Positions 41,377 to 55,936 of a stretch of DNA of 64,000 bases are shown in pieces (position 1 is the first letter of the stretch; each line of letters opens with the position of its first letter). A model generated the notes under the pieces. The model saw only the letters and a list, made by a program, of their open reading frames with translations, was not told the DNA's origin and searched no databases. Source of the DNA: Octopus vulgaris. Lineage: Eukaryota. Location of the stretch: contig OX597840.1 of NCBI GenBank assembly GCA_951406725.2, positions 10,664,001 to 10,728,000 of the forward strand, in the 5' to 3' direction. The position numbers were made by a program, and so were the translations under genes.

Positions 41377-41765
41377 TTAGTTTTGTTTTAGGTTATGAAT
41401 TAGCCGAAATAAAGAAATGCCGTTAATTCTTGTTTGGGATGTGAAGCTAGAATCGTGGTTACCCGCTCTGACTTTGAAGGTAGTGCTGCAGGAGCTGATG
41501 TATACATAACTGGAATTCTCATCTGATACCGTGCATTTGTATACAATATTTCTTGTGAGGCATCTGTTATCTAAAGGACATGATGCGGGGCGTTTACAGC
41601 TGCATAGGATTCTAGAAGGTGCTAAAGATGAATTTATGAGGTTATGGTTATCTTGGGTTAACCTGGTGTTATTTTCATTATCCGTCGCGGACATAGGAAT
41701 GGTAATTTTTAGGGTGGTGAATGGGTCGTCTGGGGATGTAGTTTATAATAGTCCACGTGTCTAGT
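41377..41765 (-). mobile_element. Penelope-like GIY-YIG endonuclease remnant
   Basis: CSCKRPASCPLDNRCLTRNIVYKCTV...YI..CSTTFKVRAGNHDSSF. Confidence 0.8.
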
Positions 41766-42643
41766 ATAAATGCCCTGATGCAGTACCAATGCCCTGATGC
41801 AGTACCAATGCCCTGATGCATTACCAGGCAGTGGCTCTCATGCCTTCTGATCTTAACTGATTGGAATTGTTATCATGTACATTGTTTTGTCTTGGTATAA
41901 AAGATGGGCTACAGCAAATATTCTGCTCAATACCACAGATTTGCTTGTCAGTTGTTTGACCTTAACCATTTGACCAGGTCCCTTAGTGGCTGACGATATG
42001 TGCATCTCTGATCACGAGCAGAAGTAGTGGGGGAGCATCATAGCCATGTGTTGAGAGGGATTCTTTGGGGTTTGAATAATTCATCTCTGGAAACATGGGT
42101 GGTTCTTTCAACATCCTTAAACAACTCTTATTCAGGGACCTTTTGAGCGGGATGGGCTACTCAACCTGAAGAAAATTCTAACTGGGCCCCACCTGCAAGG
42201 TCATGAGCTGTTTATCTTGATATGAGATCACCATGTCGCGCACATATGGTTGTGATGCATATGCCTTGTGTACCCTTATCAGACGGGTAGTCATGATGAG
42301 GTGTATATTGGGCTTCGTATATTTTACCCCAGTGTCACTCTGATGAACTGCTCTCCCACTCAATAATAATAATAATAATAATAATAACATCAGCAGAAAA
42401 ATACCTTAGGGTTGGGTTCAAAATTCTAAATTGGTAACATGACCATTCCTAAATACAGCAACATATATATATATATATAGGAGTGACTGTGTGGTAAGTA
42501 GCTTGCTAACCAACCACATGGTTCCGGGTTCAGTCCCCCTGCGTGGCATCTTGGGCAAGTGTCTTCTGTTATAGCCCCGGGCCGACCAATGCCTTGTGAG
42601 TGGATTTGGTTGACGGAAACTGAAAGAAGCCTGTCGTATATAT

Positions 42644-42681
<38 letters not shown>

Positions 42682-42878
42682 TTGTGTGTCTGTGTTTGTC
42701 CCCCTAGCATTGCTTGACAACCGATGCTGGTGTGTTTACGTCCCCGTTACTTAGTGGTTCGGCAAAAGAGACCGATAGAATAAGTACTGGGCTTACAAAG
42801 AATAAGTCCCGGGGTCGATTTGCTCGACTAAAGGCGGTTCTCCAGCATGGCCGCTGTCAAATGACTGAAACAAGTAAA

Positions 42879-42976
<98 letters not shown>

Positions 42977-43015
42977 CGATTTTTACCATTAAGCACTTTC
43001 GTTCTTTTCTTTCAG

Positions 43016-43524
43016 ATATTCAATATCCGTGCACAAGTGGAACTCGCCAAAAGGGACAATTTTTTTTCCCCTACCCTAATCAAGCTGGAAAGTACTTTGC
43101 ATGCGATTCGACAGGGAAGCTGACCATCGTCTTGTGTGTTGGAAAGGAAATTTTTATTGCACCGCTGAAGACATGTAAACCCGTTCCAGGCATCGCTTTG
43201 CCTCCTAAACCCTGCATCTATAACCAAATGCCATTTTATTTTCCTCATCCACAAACCCTTTCAAAATTCATACAATGTAGTCAATGGGGTCATACGTTTG
43301 AAATGCCTTGTCCCACAGATCTAAGCTGGAATCCAAGTATTATGACTTGCGTGAAACTTGATCCAAGCGTTAATGTGTGTGGAGCTAACACTAACGGCCA
43401 GTTTCAACCTCACCCACTTAATAGTACCTATTTTATAGAGTGTGGTGCAGGCACAGATTATCGACTAAGGATGTGTGAAAACTACCAAACCTGGGATCAA
43501 ACCAAGATACAGTGTGTTACTTAA
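43016..43524 (+). CDS. Gene A exon 7: three chitin-binding type-2 (CBM14)-like repeats and stop
   Basis: TTTCAG| acceptor, phase 1; three repeats of C..(F/Q)P(H/Y)P...(F/Y)..C...C...(W/F)...C; TAA at 43522-43524. Confidence 0.9.
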
Positions 43525-43796
43525 TGAAAACTGGAATGCTTCAAATGGTTTTTAATGGAAATTTAATTTGATTTTAATGATTTTAATGTGATTTTAATAT
43601 GATTTTAATGACTAATCGATTTGCTTCACCCTCTTCTCGTTTTTGAATTGCCATTTCTGTAATCCGAAGACTTGCACGAATTGGTGTATTTAGATGACTG
43701 AAGTAACACAGACACACAGACACACACACATAGATATACACACACACACTCACACACACACACACACTCACACACACACACACAGACGTATTTAAG

Positions 43797-43858
<62 letters not shown>

Positions 43859-44001
43859 GACAGACACACACACACACACTGATGTCCGTATTCAAGCACA
43901 CACTCACATACACGCAAATACATCCATGTACATATGCACGCACACATATACATACGCACATGCACATACACTTACATATATATATATAAATATATATATG
44001 C

Positions 44002-44032
<31 letters not shown>

Positions 44033-44052
44033 CATACATACATACATACATA

Positions 44053-44185
<133 letters not shown>

Positions 44186-45266
44186 TAACAGATTAGTGAT
44201 TCCCCCCGCTTCCATTTTTTCTAATATATATTATTAACTCCTAATATATACACTTAATTAATAAGAGTTTTGTCCTCGGTTATTAAATATTATGCCTATT
44301 CATTATATATATACTAAATAAATCATAGGTTTTTTTCTCCAAACTTAGTAAATATTAGATATAACATTCTCTTTTAATCCAACTTACCAAAATAATCACA
44401 CATTAATGGCCAAGTATGATGGCATATATTAATGCGGATGCATATATGTATATGTTTGTATAAGTGTAAAAGAATCTCTGTATTTTCTATAATTGTGTAG
44501 TATACAGATGGCTATTGTGACCATTTAGTATTGTCCTATGTAAAGTATAGAGGCCATCAAGGGACAAATATCCCGAAACTAATCCGAGCATATCACTCAG
44601 GCTTTCGAGGAAGCGATGGCCTCCCTTTGCAAATACTTCAAGGGCACTGAAATGGTTTCTAAAGCCAGCTAGAGACGACGATCTCTTGGGGCTATAAAGC
44701 TACAGTAACACCCCTCCCCTCTGTGGTTAGCTATGATAAGATGGCTTCTATACTTTACATTATCGAGCGATTACTGTTTCAATCTCATTCTGAGATTGAA
44801 TTATGCTGAGTATTGTCCTAGTTTTCTTGATACAAAATCTGTTTGCCAAATAGTAGTAAACAACCTCTAAGACAATATTAGTCTATAAACCCCCTACCTC
44901 TTTAACTTCCTTTATTTCACCCCTTCCTATATCTATAAATAGAAAATCTCTTTTGTCTTCATTCAACCGAATATCCCCCCTCCCTCACTAGCAGATCAAT
45001 ATAACTAAAGGAAGTCTTCAGTCAGAAGATAAATTCTAACACCTTAATGTTCTTAACATTCAAATCAACGTCTCTGTCTGTATATCTACCCTCCTTATAA
45101 TGTTATCAATAAACATGGAAATAAGTATATGTATTGATGAAAAACTTCTATGAATGGCTGATGATTGCTCAACATTTTAAATCTGATGTAATGCTTACGA
45201 TGTTTAATAAAATAATCGTACCACATTACAAAAGATATTCTTGTTGCTTACTTTGATATATATATA

Positions 45267-45361
<95 letters not shown>

Positions 45362-45598
45362 TATATATGTATTGAATAATAAGATATATATGTATGCTAT
45401 TAAGGTTATTATTTTGTTAAATGAATAAATAATTCAACATTCTAATATCCGAAAGTTGATGAACAAACTAAATTCTTTCTCCATTTTCTTATTTTGTATT
45501 ATATACATTTATATATACCCATATATGCATGTATATATACATATATATGTAGGTATGTACAAATATGTATGTATATATGTATATATTTATATATTATT

Positions 45599-45682
<84 letters not shown>

Positions 45683-45906
45683 AAAAATTTATATATAAAA
45701 AACGTGAAATACACGAAGGGACGAACACGGAAAACAGACAAGTCATTCGAAGCCTTCAATCTTCAGTCAGAAACCGAATCATCATGGCAAATTTCGGCTG
45801 TTTAATTCTGATATTTGCTCCAACTCGGCCAGCCCCAAGGAAAAAACTAAGCGGTGGGCATTAGATTTCTTGGTCGAAGGAAAGAATGTAAACGCAACAG
45901 ACACGA

Positions 45907-46019
<113 letters not shown>

Positions 46020-47297
46020 ATATATCCTCAGCCGCCAGGATAACTGCTCACAGCCATGGTTACCCACCAGTGTAAAATTAACAGCGGACCTTGAAGCAAT
46101 CCAGAGAAGATTCACAAAGAAGATCATCTCTTTGCAACAGCTCAGCTATTGGGAAAGTTTGAAACAGCTAAGACTCTACTCCCTGGAGAGAAGACGGGAG
46201 AGGTATACAGTAATATATGTGTGGAAGATCCTAGAAGGAATTGTGCCAAATTTTGGCATTGTAAGCTACACGAATGCTAGAACGGGACGACACTGCATAG
46301 TGCCAAAGATCCCAGCAATGCCATCACGCTTCAGGATTAGCTTCCGCAACAGCCCGGGTTTCAAGGGCCCACAGCTTTTACTGGGGCAAAATATACGAAG
46401 CCCAATGTACCCATCGTGATAAGGGTACACCAGGCACATACATCACAACCATATGTGTGCGACACGGTGATCTCATATCAAGATAAACAACAGGTGGGGC
46501 CGAGTTAGAATTTTCTCCTGGTGGAGTAACCCATCCTGCTCAAAAGGTCCCTGAGTAAGGATTGTTTAAGGATGTTGAAGAAAACACCCATATTTCCAGA
46601 GGTGAATTATTCAAACCCCAAAGAATCCCTCTCAACACATGGCTATGATGCTCCCCCACTACTTCTGCTCATGATCAGAGATGCGCATATCATCAGCCAC
46701 AAAGAGACATGCTCAACTGGTTATGGTCAAACAACTGACAAGCAAATCTGTGGCATTGAGCAGAATATTTGCTGTAGCCCATCTTTTATATCAAGACAAA
46801 ACAATGTACATGATAACAATTCCAATCAGTTAAGATCAGAAGCCATAAGAGCCACTGCCTGGTACTGCATCAGGGCATTTATACTAGACACGTGGACTAT
46901 TATAAACTACATCCCCAGACGACCCATTCACCACCCTAAAAATTACCATTCCTATGTCCGCGACGGATAATGAAAATAACACCAGGTTAACCCAAGATAA
47001 CCATAACCTCATGAGAGCCATGAATGAGGGCCCAAATAATCCCTCTCAACACATGGCTATGATGCTCCCCCACTACTTCTGCTCATGATCAGAGATGTAC
47101 ATATCGTCAGCTACCAAGGGAGATGCTCAACTGGTTAAGGTCAAACAACTGACACGCAAATCTGTGGTATTGAGCAGAATATTTGCTGTAGCCCATCTTT
47201 TATACCAAGACAAAACAACGTACATGATAACACTTCCAATCAGTTAAGATCAGAAGTCATGAGAGCCACTGCCTGGTACTGCATCAGGGCATTACAT

Positions 47298-47361
<64 letters not shown>

Positions 47362-47366
47362 CATCA

Positions 47367-47424
<58 letters not shown>

Positions 47425-48437
47425 CCTATGTTTGACTTTTGGTTTATATTTGTACAAGTTGGCTCCAAGTCTCACCCAGAGACCTCAAGAGACAATAGGG
47501 TTGGAAGTTCATGTTGTTGTTATGCCTAGTGTGCCATATATTTGGGGGTGGGGATGTTGTACTAATGAATGTCTAAAAAAAAAAAAAAACTTTTTTTTTT
47601 TTTTTTTTTTTAAACCGAAAATTATGGTTGTTTTAAACCTTGAGGTTACATAGAGAGTATTTTGCGTAGGATATGAGCAGTTCCCATGAGCACTATCTTT
47701 TGAACTTCTGCCATTTTTGGGTTTCCTGGTATCTGAGTTAGGTAGCTATTAGCCCCTTTTGCTATCATTCCCAGGGCACCTATGACAACAGGTATTGTTT
47801 TAGTCTTCAGCTTCCACATTTTGCTGATTTCTATTTCAAGATCTTTATATTTGCTCAGTTTTTGGTAGGTCCTGACAGATACGTTTATATCGATTGGGAC
47901 AGTCATATCAATGAGGAGGCATGTTCTTTGTTTGAAGTCTTTCAATATGATGTCTGGCCTATTTGCATCTATCTTCCTGTCAGTTTGAATGGTGAAGTTC
48001 CAGAGGAGTGAGATGTGGTCATTTTCAAGCACTGGGGGTGGTTTGTGTTCCCACCAGTTTTTTTCATGGGGCAAATCCAGGTTTTTACAGATTACCCAGT
48101 GAATATATTGTGCAGCTCTATCGTGCCTGTTGAGATACTCTGTAGGCGCTAGAAGACTGCACTTGGAGACCACATGGTCAATGGTTTCATTTTGTTGCTT
48201 GCATACACGACATGTTGGACTGCTTCTGATCTTTAATATGTTGGCCTGGTAGTTTCTTGTTGGTAGGCATTGATCTTGAGCTGCTATGATAAACCCCTCT
48301 GTTTCAGATTTTAAGCCAGAGGCCATTAGCCATTGATGGGTCAGGGCTTTGTCGATATCTGCATTATTCGCTCTCTTTGGGTATTTGCCATAGAGAGGTT
48401 TTTCTTGCCATTTATTATTCAGAATATCTAAGGCCGC
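47425..48437 (-). mobile_element. 5'-truncated RLE-type LINE (R4/Dong-like), copy 1
   Basis: CCHC knuckle CRVC..ETIDHVVSKC, RHDR, NRPDII...LIDM and KLSKYKDL; flanked on both sides by (ATT)n. Confidence 0.85.
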
Positions 48438-48492
48438 ATTATTATTATTATTATCATTATTATCATTATTATTATTATCATTATTATTATTA

Positions 48493-48553
<61 letters not shown>

Positions 48554-48555
48554 CA

Positions 48556-48603
<48 letters not shown>

Positions 48604-48604
<1 letters not shown>

Positions 48605-50340
48605 TTTTTTTTTCTTCTTTCAAATTTGCTTCCATTTCTTGCCGAGTGTCTTCCCGACTCCTAGGGCATAGAAACTCATAGTATACATTGGTAGGCCATT
48701 AAACCAAACTCAATAGTTCGTTCATTTTTTTTTTTAAGTTAAATTAAAATACATGAGCAGCAACAATTCTCACATCGACAATGCTCTTCTCAATACATGT
48801 GATGTACCAGTTAAGACAATCTTTTGCACTTCTTGCAGGGATGGTAAGCCAGGGATCATTCTCATATAATTTTCGGTTCCCTTCTTGATCATTCCTAGTG
48901 CTCCTACGATCACTGGTATTGTAACCGCCTTGAGATGCCACATTTTCTCAATTTCAATGAGTAGGTCTTTATATTTTCTGAGCTTGTCAAACTCTTTCGC
49001 TGAGATATTATGATCACAGGGGATGCTCATGTTGATCAATAAGCAAACTTTATTGTTTTGGTCTTTCACAACAATATCTGGTTTATTGGCCTTGATGGTT
49101 CGGTCTGTATGTACTGGAAAGTCCCACAGAATGGTTACATTTTCTCCTTCAGTTACAGCCTCAGGGTGGTGATTATACCACTTGTCGGCAGTTTTGATAT
49201 TGTAATGCCGACTTATTAGCCAGTGTAGATATTGGCCAACTCTGTCATGTCTTAATTTATACTCCACTGGTGCTAAGACTTTACATCCAGAGATTAGATG
49301 GTCCACTGTTTCAATCATGTCGTTGCAGAATCGGCATTTTGGGTCTGCTCCATTTTTCATCACATTGGCCTGGTAGTTCCGGGTTAATAGGCTTTGATCT
49401 TGAGCAGCCAGGATGAAACCTTCGCTCTCTGCTTTTAGCCCTGAGCTCCGTAGCCACTGATGGGTTTGCTTCTGGTCAACATCAGCTTGTTTGCTGCGGG
49501 TCACATATTTGCCGTGCAGAGGTTTCTCCTCCCACCTATCAGCCAATTGCTCGTGCGCTTTTTCGTTGCCATCATTTTCACCTTCTTTGCAACAATAGTT
49601 GCCGTACTTCCCTCGGGTTGTTCAGTTTGGGTATCCTGCACGAGATCAATAGCAAATTTTTTTGCTTTCCTTTATGACAGAATGAAGCTTCTTTCGCCTC
49701 TCGCGATTTTCCACGAGCTTTAGCATCCAGTCATTCGATATTTCGAGATATTTGGCCAGTCCAATTGTGGTTGTTTTGTAAGCTAGTTCAAATTGGATCA
49801 GGCCTCGACCTCCTTGGGCTCTGGGAAGGTAAAGGCGATCTACGTCTGCCTTTGGGTGGTGCATCCTATTACAACTCAGCAGCTTGCGTATTTTACTATC
49901 TATATTCTTTACTTCACTCATATTCCAGTTCAACACATTGTAGCTATAAGTAACAACTGGAACTGCTAAGGAATTTATAGCTAACACCTTGTTACGTGCA
50001 TTTAGTTCAGATTTCAGGACTGCACGAACTCTCCTATAACATTCCTTCCTGATCTTCTCTTTCATGCTTGCATGCTGAATACCAGAGCCTTCATTTATCC
50101 CTAAATATTTGTATGTTTGTTCTTGCTCAAGCTCTCTTATGACTGTGTCAACATCTAACAAGACTGAATTTGTGGTCTTCACTTTCCCTTTCTGGAAAGT
50201 GGCCTTGGCACACTTCTCAAGTCCAAACTCCATCCCGATGTCATCGCTGAATGCTTTCACGGTGCGCAATAGGCCTTCAAGTTCATTATTGTCTTTACCA
50301 TAAAGTTTTAAGTCATCCATATAAAATAGATGGCTTAACT
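48604..50340 (-). mobile_element. 5'-truncated RLE-type LINE (R4/Dong-like), copy 2, different subfamily
   Basis: RT motif HLFYMDDLKLY, YKYLG, RLYLPRAQGGRGL, a frameshift near 49640, then CCHC, RHD and PD..D endonuclease; (ATT)n flanks. Confidence 0.9.
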
Positions 50341-50365
50341 TTTTTTTTTTTTATTATTATTATTA

Positions 50366-50441
<76 letters not shown>

Positions 50442-51447
50442 GACGGTGAGCTGGCGCAATTGTTAGCTTACCGGCCGAAAGGCTTAGTGGCACTTTTTCT
50501 GTGTTTACATTGTGGGTTCGAAATCTACCGAGCTCGACTTAGCATTTCATCCTTTCGAGGTCGATAAAATAAGTAGTACTTCTGCACGTGGTCCGATATA
50601 ATCATCTCACTCCTCCCCCACTCCCGAATTTGCTGACCTTGTGCGAAAATTTGAAACCAATATTATAAATTACCTGTTGTAAATATTATAAATTACCTGT
50701 ATGCGTTTGTGTTACCTGTTACAATTAACAGTAAGTGGAGGCGCAATGGCCCAGTGGTTAGGGCAGCGGACACGCGGTCATAGGATCACGGTTTCGATTC
50801 CCAGACCGGACGTTGTGAGTGTTTATTGAGCGAAAACACCTAAAGCTCCACGAGGCTCCGGCAGAGGATGGTGGTGATCCCTGCTGTACACTTTCACCAC
50901 AACTTTCTCTCACTCTTACTTCCTGTTTCTGTTGTACCTGTATTTCAAAAGGCCAGCCTTGTCACTCTCTGTGTCACGCTGAATATCCCCGAGAACTACG
51001 TTAAGGGTACACGGGTCTGTGGAGTGCTCAGCCACTTACACGTTAATTTCACGAGCAGGCTGTTCCGTTGATTCGGATCAACCGGAACCCTCATCGTCGT
51101 AACCGACGGAGTGCTTCCATCACACAATCAACAGCGAACTCTTCCTCGGAACGTTCCTTAACGATTTTAAACGGATATATAACACATGATGTCATGTCAT
51201 GAATATGCAAAGTTTAAATAGAAGGCAATGAGTTACAGCTGGAATATTTAACATCGTAGGCTCACCATTCCCGGCTGGCCAAGTTCTAAACAAAAATCGA
51301 AAATATAACACATCTTTTATGCCAAACGGATCATGCGTATATCATGTTCGTAGCCATTTTATTACTTCAGTAATTTCTCCTTTTCATTGGTTAAAATTTC
51401 TCGCAGTTTACAACACTGTTTATTTGTTAGATATAGCAAGATAAACA

Positions 51448-52185
51448 AGGTGGAGAGCTGGTAGAATCGTTAGCACGCCGGACAAAATACTTAACGTCTT
51501 TTCGTCCGTCTTGAAGTTCTGAGCTCAAATTCCGCCGCGGTCGACTTTGCCTTTTATCTTTTAAGGCGGCGACCTGGCAGAAACGTTAGCACGCCGGGCG
51601 AAATGCGTAGCCGTATTTCGTCTGCCGCTACGTTCTGAGATCAAATTCCGCCGAGGTCGACTTTGCCTTTCATCCTTTCGGGGTCGATTAAATAAGTACC
51701 AGTTACGCACTGGGGTCGATGTAGGCGACTTAATACCTATGTCTGTCCTTGTTTGTCCCCTCTTTGTTTAGCCCCTTATGGGTAGTAAAGAAATAAGTAT
51801 TTCGTCTGCCGTTACGTTCTGAGTTCAAATTTCACCGAGGTCGACTTTGCCTTTCATCCTTTCGGTGTCGATAAATTAAGTACCAGTTATGCACTGGTTA
51901 TGCACTGGGGTCGATGTAGTCGACTTAATACCTATGTCTGTCCTTGTTTGTCCCCTCTATGTTTAGCCCCTTATGGGTAGTAAAGAACTAGGTATTTCGT
52001 CTGCCGCTACGTTCTGAGTTCAAATTTCACCGAGGTCGACTTTGCCTTTCAACATTTCGGGGTCGATTAAATAAGTACCAGTTTCGCATTGAGGTCGATG
52101 TAGGCGACTTAATACCTATGTCTGTCGTTGTTTGTCCCATCTATGTTTAGCCCCTTATGGGTAGTAAAGAAATAGGTATTTCGTT
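51448..52185 (+). mobile_element. SINE family C cluster with three tandem body units
   Basis: A partial copy, then one head plus three body repeats. Confidence 0.8.
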
Positions 52186-52643
52186 CGTCGGTTATTGAAA
52201 ATTTATTGCTGGAGTGTCTTCGTAAGTTTCTGTTAATTGTTATATCTCTTGTGCTTATTGTTGGACGTATTGTTGAAAAAATTGTAGTATAGTTTTCTTT
52301 CGAAAGCTGTCTGTGGTTTTCCCTTATAGGGGGAAAACATTAATTGCTGGCAAGATGCCGAAAGGTTTGTATTCTTCGTCGGGCGATGAATCATCGATTG
52401 GGCGAGAAGCCCAGAAAATAGAAAGCTTAATTTTTGATAACGTTTCTGATGTGCCGGAAAGCGAATTTCCAGCATTACCAAGAGTTACGAACACCAAAAG
52501 AAAGACAGAAGAAAGGACCATACAAAATGAAGAAAGAAAAAGTTTTGCGTCAGCGGCAGGGTGATGGAGCGAAACAGCTGTCGACTAACAAATAAGAATT
52601 ACTAAAATACATATATATATATATATACATGTATGTATGTATG

Positions 52644-52699
<56 letters not shown>

Positions 52700-52970
52700 A
52701 ATATATATATATACCTATATATTTCAACAATTGAGGGTAAAATTAATTAATTATTAATCAATTTCACCAAGTGTTCAGTATGCAAAGGGACCATTTAAGG
52801 CGAATTCAAATTATTACATTATATAAAAGGGCTTAGTAAAATAAATTACTTTGCCGCATACTGAAATCATTAGAAATAGCAGCTAAAAAACTTTTTTAAA
52901 ACTATTTCTAATACTTAAAGAAAACCTCTCTCATATAGTGCTTGCTCAACTCAACTCAACTATATATATA

Positions 52971-53005
<35 letters not shown>

Positions 53006-53445
53006 TGAAATAGAAAGATGAATAATCTTGTTGCAGATTAATCAAAAGTTTAACCGATACCTTGGTAGCAAAAATCACAGCAGAAGACCGCACGGTTGGA
53101 GGTACAACCATATGGTGTTGCAACCGTTCTTTGGTGCGGATAATTGAATTTTAATATTATTAGTGAATTGAAGAAATGGAGTTGAACGAAGATTGAACAG
53201 AAATCGTTTTATTGCATTCTTCACGTGTTTCGAAAGGCACAATTTACCAAATTCCGATTGAATAAGGAGACCATATTGTGTCTTTCTCTTCAGGAAGAAA
53301 TAGGAAATCCGTTGGAAAAAACAAAAACAGAACAGAGGCGGAGCAAAACAAATCGAGTTTGGCCATGGGCTCTTAGGAGCCTCGTTCGATTTGTTTTGCT
53401 CCGCCTCTGTTCTGTTTTTGTTTTTTCCAACGGATTTTCTATTTC

Positions 53446-53525
53446 TTCCTGAAGAGAAAGACACAATATGGTCTCCTTATTCAATCGGAATTTGGTAAAT
53501 TGTGCCTTTCGAAACACGTGTAGAA
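53446..53525 (+). ncRNA. Hammerhead ribozyme in the right arm of an about 420-bp palindrome
   Basis: UUC-CUGAAGA-GAAAGACACAAU...AUUGUGCCUUUC-GAAAC-ACGU-GUA/GAA. The left-arm copy (-) has GAA instead of GUA at the cleavage triplet. Confidence 0.8.
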
Positions 53526-53575
53526 TGCAATAAAACGATTTCTGTTCAATCTTCGTTCAACTCCATTTCTTCAAT

Positions 53576-53631
<56 letters not shown>

Positions 53632-53640
53632 TATATAAAT

Positions 53641-53741
<101 letters not shown>

Positions 53742-53819
53742 TATATTTTGTGAAATTTGATTTAGTATTTCTAAATTGAATTTTTCCCTGTAAGTTTGGA
53801 ATAATATTCCCTCATATTA

Positions 53820-53970
<151 letters not shown>

Positions 53971-54808
53971 AATGTAGGATAAATTCTATTTTTTTTTAAG
54001 AAAAAACATTTTATCAATGGCCAGCATATTAAAAGATACCTTTAAAGGTTTAATTATAAACAACTTTGTAAGTTGTATATATATATATATATGCATGCAT
54101 GCATATATGTACACACACTTGCACACATGTATCTCTGTTCATTTACTTGTGTAAAGTGTTGTTGTGTAGTAGACGTCATCCATTTCCCAGCTTAAAACTC
54201 ACCGCAACCACAACCCCACCATCTGTCCCAGGTACCTGTTGACGTTACCAAATTGTACTCTGTTGCATGTATGTTGTAAAGGCCTCTGATTTGAGGTTAA
54301 CTTCCTCACCACCCTTTACATCTGTCTTGAGTGCCCTGAAAAAATATAATGTCTGGATTGCTGCCCTTCCATCGAGGTAGTCTTAGCAACATTATAGCCC
54401 CCCCCCCGGGTTAAATAATTGCACTGAGCCCTCTAGCATTGATTTATTTTTAGCAAGCCACGGCATACATCGATCAAATTTGGGCCTCTAGATCCATGAG
54501 GACTCTGAGTATCTGTCTAGTGTACCCATAGCTTAAGAAGACACTGCTCCTCCCTTATCTCTTACTAACGAAATGGTAAACAACAACAATTACAACGATA
54601 ACGAAATTAAATTTTTATTTCATTGCAAGAAAAATTGAGTAAAATTACATAAAATTATTTCAAAAGCAATCGTTAATTAGTGATTAATCGACAAAAGTTT
54701 ATAAAATCATTATTGCTTTATTAATTGATTAATTAGAAGGGTTTGTGTTGGATTGCAAAATAAACAAAAAAAGAGAGAAACAATAATTTTATTTGCTTCT
54801 GGTGTGTA

Positions 54809-55374
54809 CGAGGGTTGTATGAAAAGTGTTGAGCCTTTAAAGCCTTTGAGCCTTCAACACCTTTGAGCCTTCAACGCCTTTGAGCCTTCAACACATTCCA
54901 GCCTTCAACACATTTGAGCCTTCAACGCCTTTGAGCCTTCAACACCTTTGAGCCTTCAACGCCTTTGCGCCTTCAACGCCTTTGAGCCTTCAAAGCCTTT
55001 GAGCCTTCAACGCCTTTGCGCCTTCAAGGCCTTTGAGCCTTCAACGCCTTTGAGCCTTCAACGCCTTTGAGCCTTCAACGCCTTTGAGCCTTCAACGCCT
55101 TTGAGCCTTCAACACATTTGAGCCTTCAACACCTTTGAGCCTTCAACGCCTTTGAGCCTTCAACACATCTGAGCCTTCAACACATTTGAGCCTTCAACAC
55201 CTTTGAGCCTTCAACGCCTTTGCGCCTTCAACGCCTTTGAGACTTCAACGCCTTTGAGCCTTCAAGGCCTTTGAGACTTCAAGGCCTTTTGAGCCTTGAA
55301 GTTCTGTACCTTCATTAGAAGTCTTGTACCATGTTTTGTTATTTTGAGGCTCACGACTTTTCATACACCCCTCA
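54809..55374. mobile_element. Mariner-type MITE filled with a 17-bp minisatellite
   Basis: TIRs TA|CGAGGGTTGTATGAAAAGTGTTGAGCCT and AGGCTCACGACTTTTCATACACCCCTCA; interior (CCTTTGAGCCTTCAACG)n. Confidence 0.75.
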
Positions 55375-55936
55375 CATGTAGATATGTAAGTGTATGCGTA
55401 TGTGTGTGTATGTCCGTGTGTATGCACGCATATATGTGTGTGTGTGTATGTGTGCGTGCATATGTACATGTGTGTATTTGTGTGTTTGTGTGTGTGTATG
55501 TGTATGTATCATTTGTATGTGTGTACATGCATGTGTGCATGTATGTATATATATGTTTGTGTGTATGTGTGTGCGTGCGCTTGACTATGGACATCAATGT
55601 GTATGTGTGTGTGTGTGTGTGTCTGTGTTTGTGTGTCTGTGTGTTTGTGTTTGTGTGTGTGTGTGTTTGTGTTTGTGTGTATGTGTGTGTGAGCTTGAAT
55701 ATGGACATCAATGTGTGTGTGTGTGTGTGTGTGTGTATCTGTGTGTGTGTTATTTTAGTCATCTAAATGTACAAATTCGTACAAGTGTTCGGATTACAGA
55801 AATGGCAATTCAAAAACGAGAAGAGACTGAAGCAAATCAATTAGTCATTAAAATCACATTAAAATCATTAAAATCAAATTAAATTTCCATTAAAAACAAT
55901 TTGAAGCATTCCAGTTTTCATTCAAAATGGTGAAGT

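Noticed and set aside
47646-48635. Poly-Asn N-terminal extension on the LINE ORF
   Set aside because: In-frame read-through of the flanking (AAT)n target tract.
52313-52564. 83-aa ORF as a possible host exon
   Set aside because: No recognisable domain, splice context or homologue in the window.
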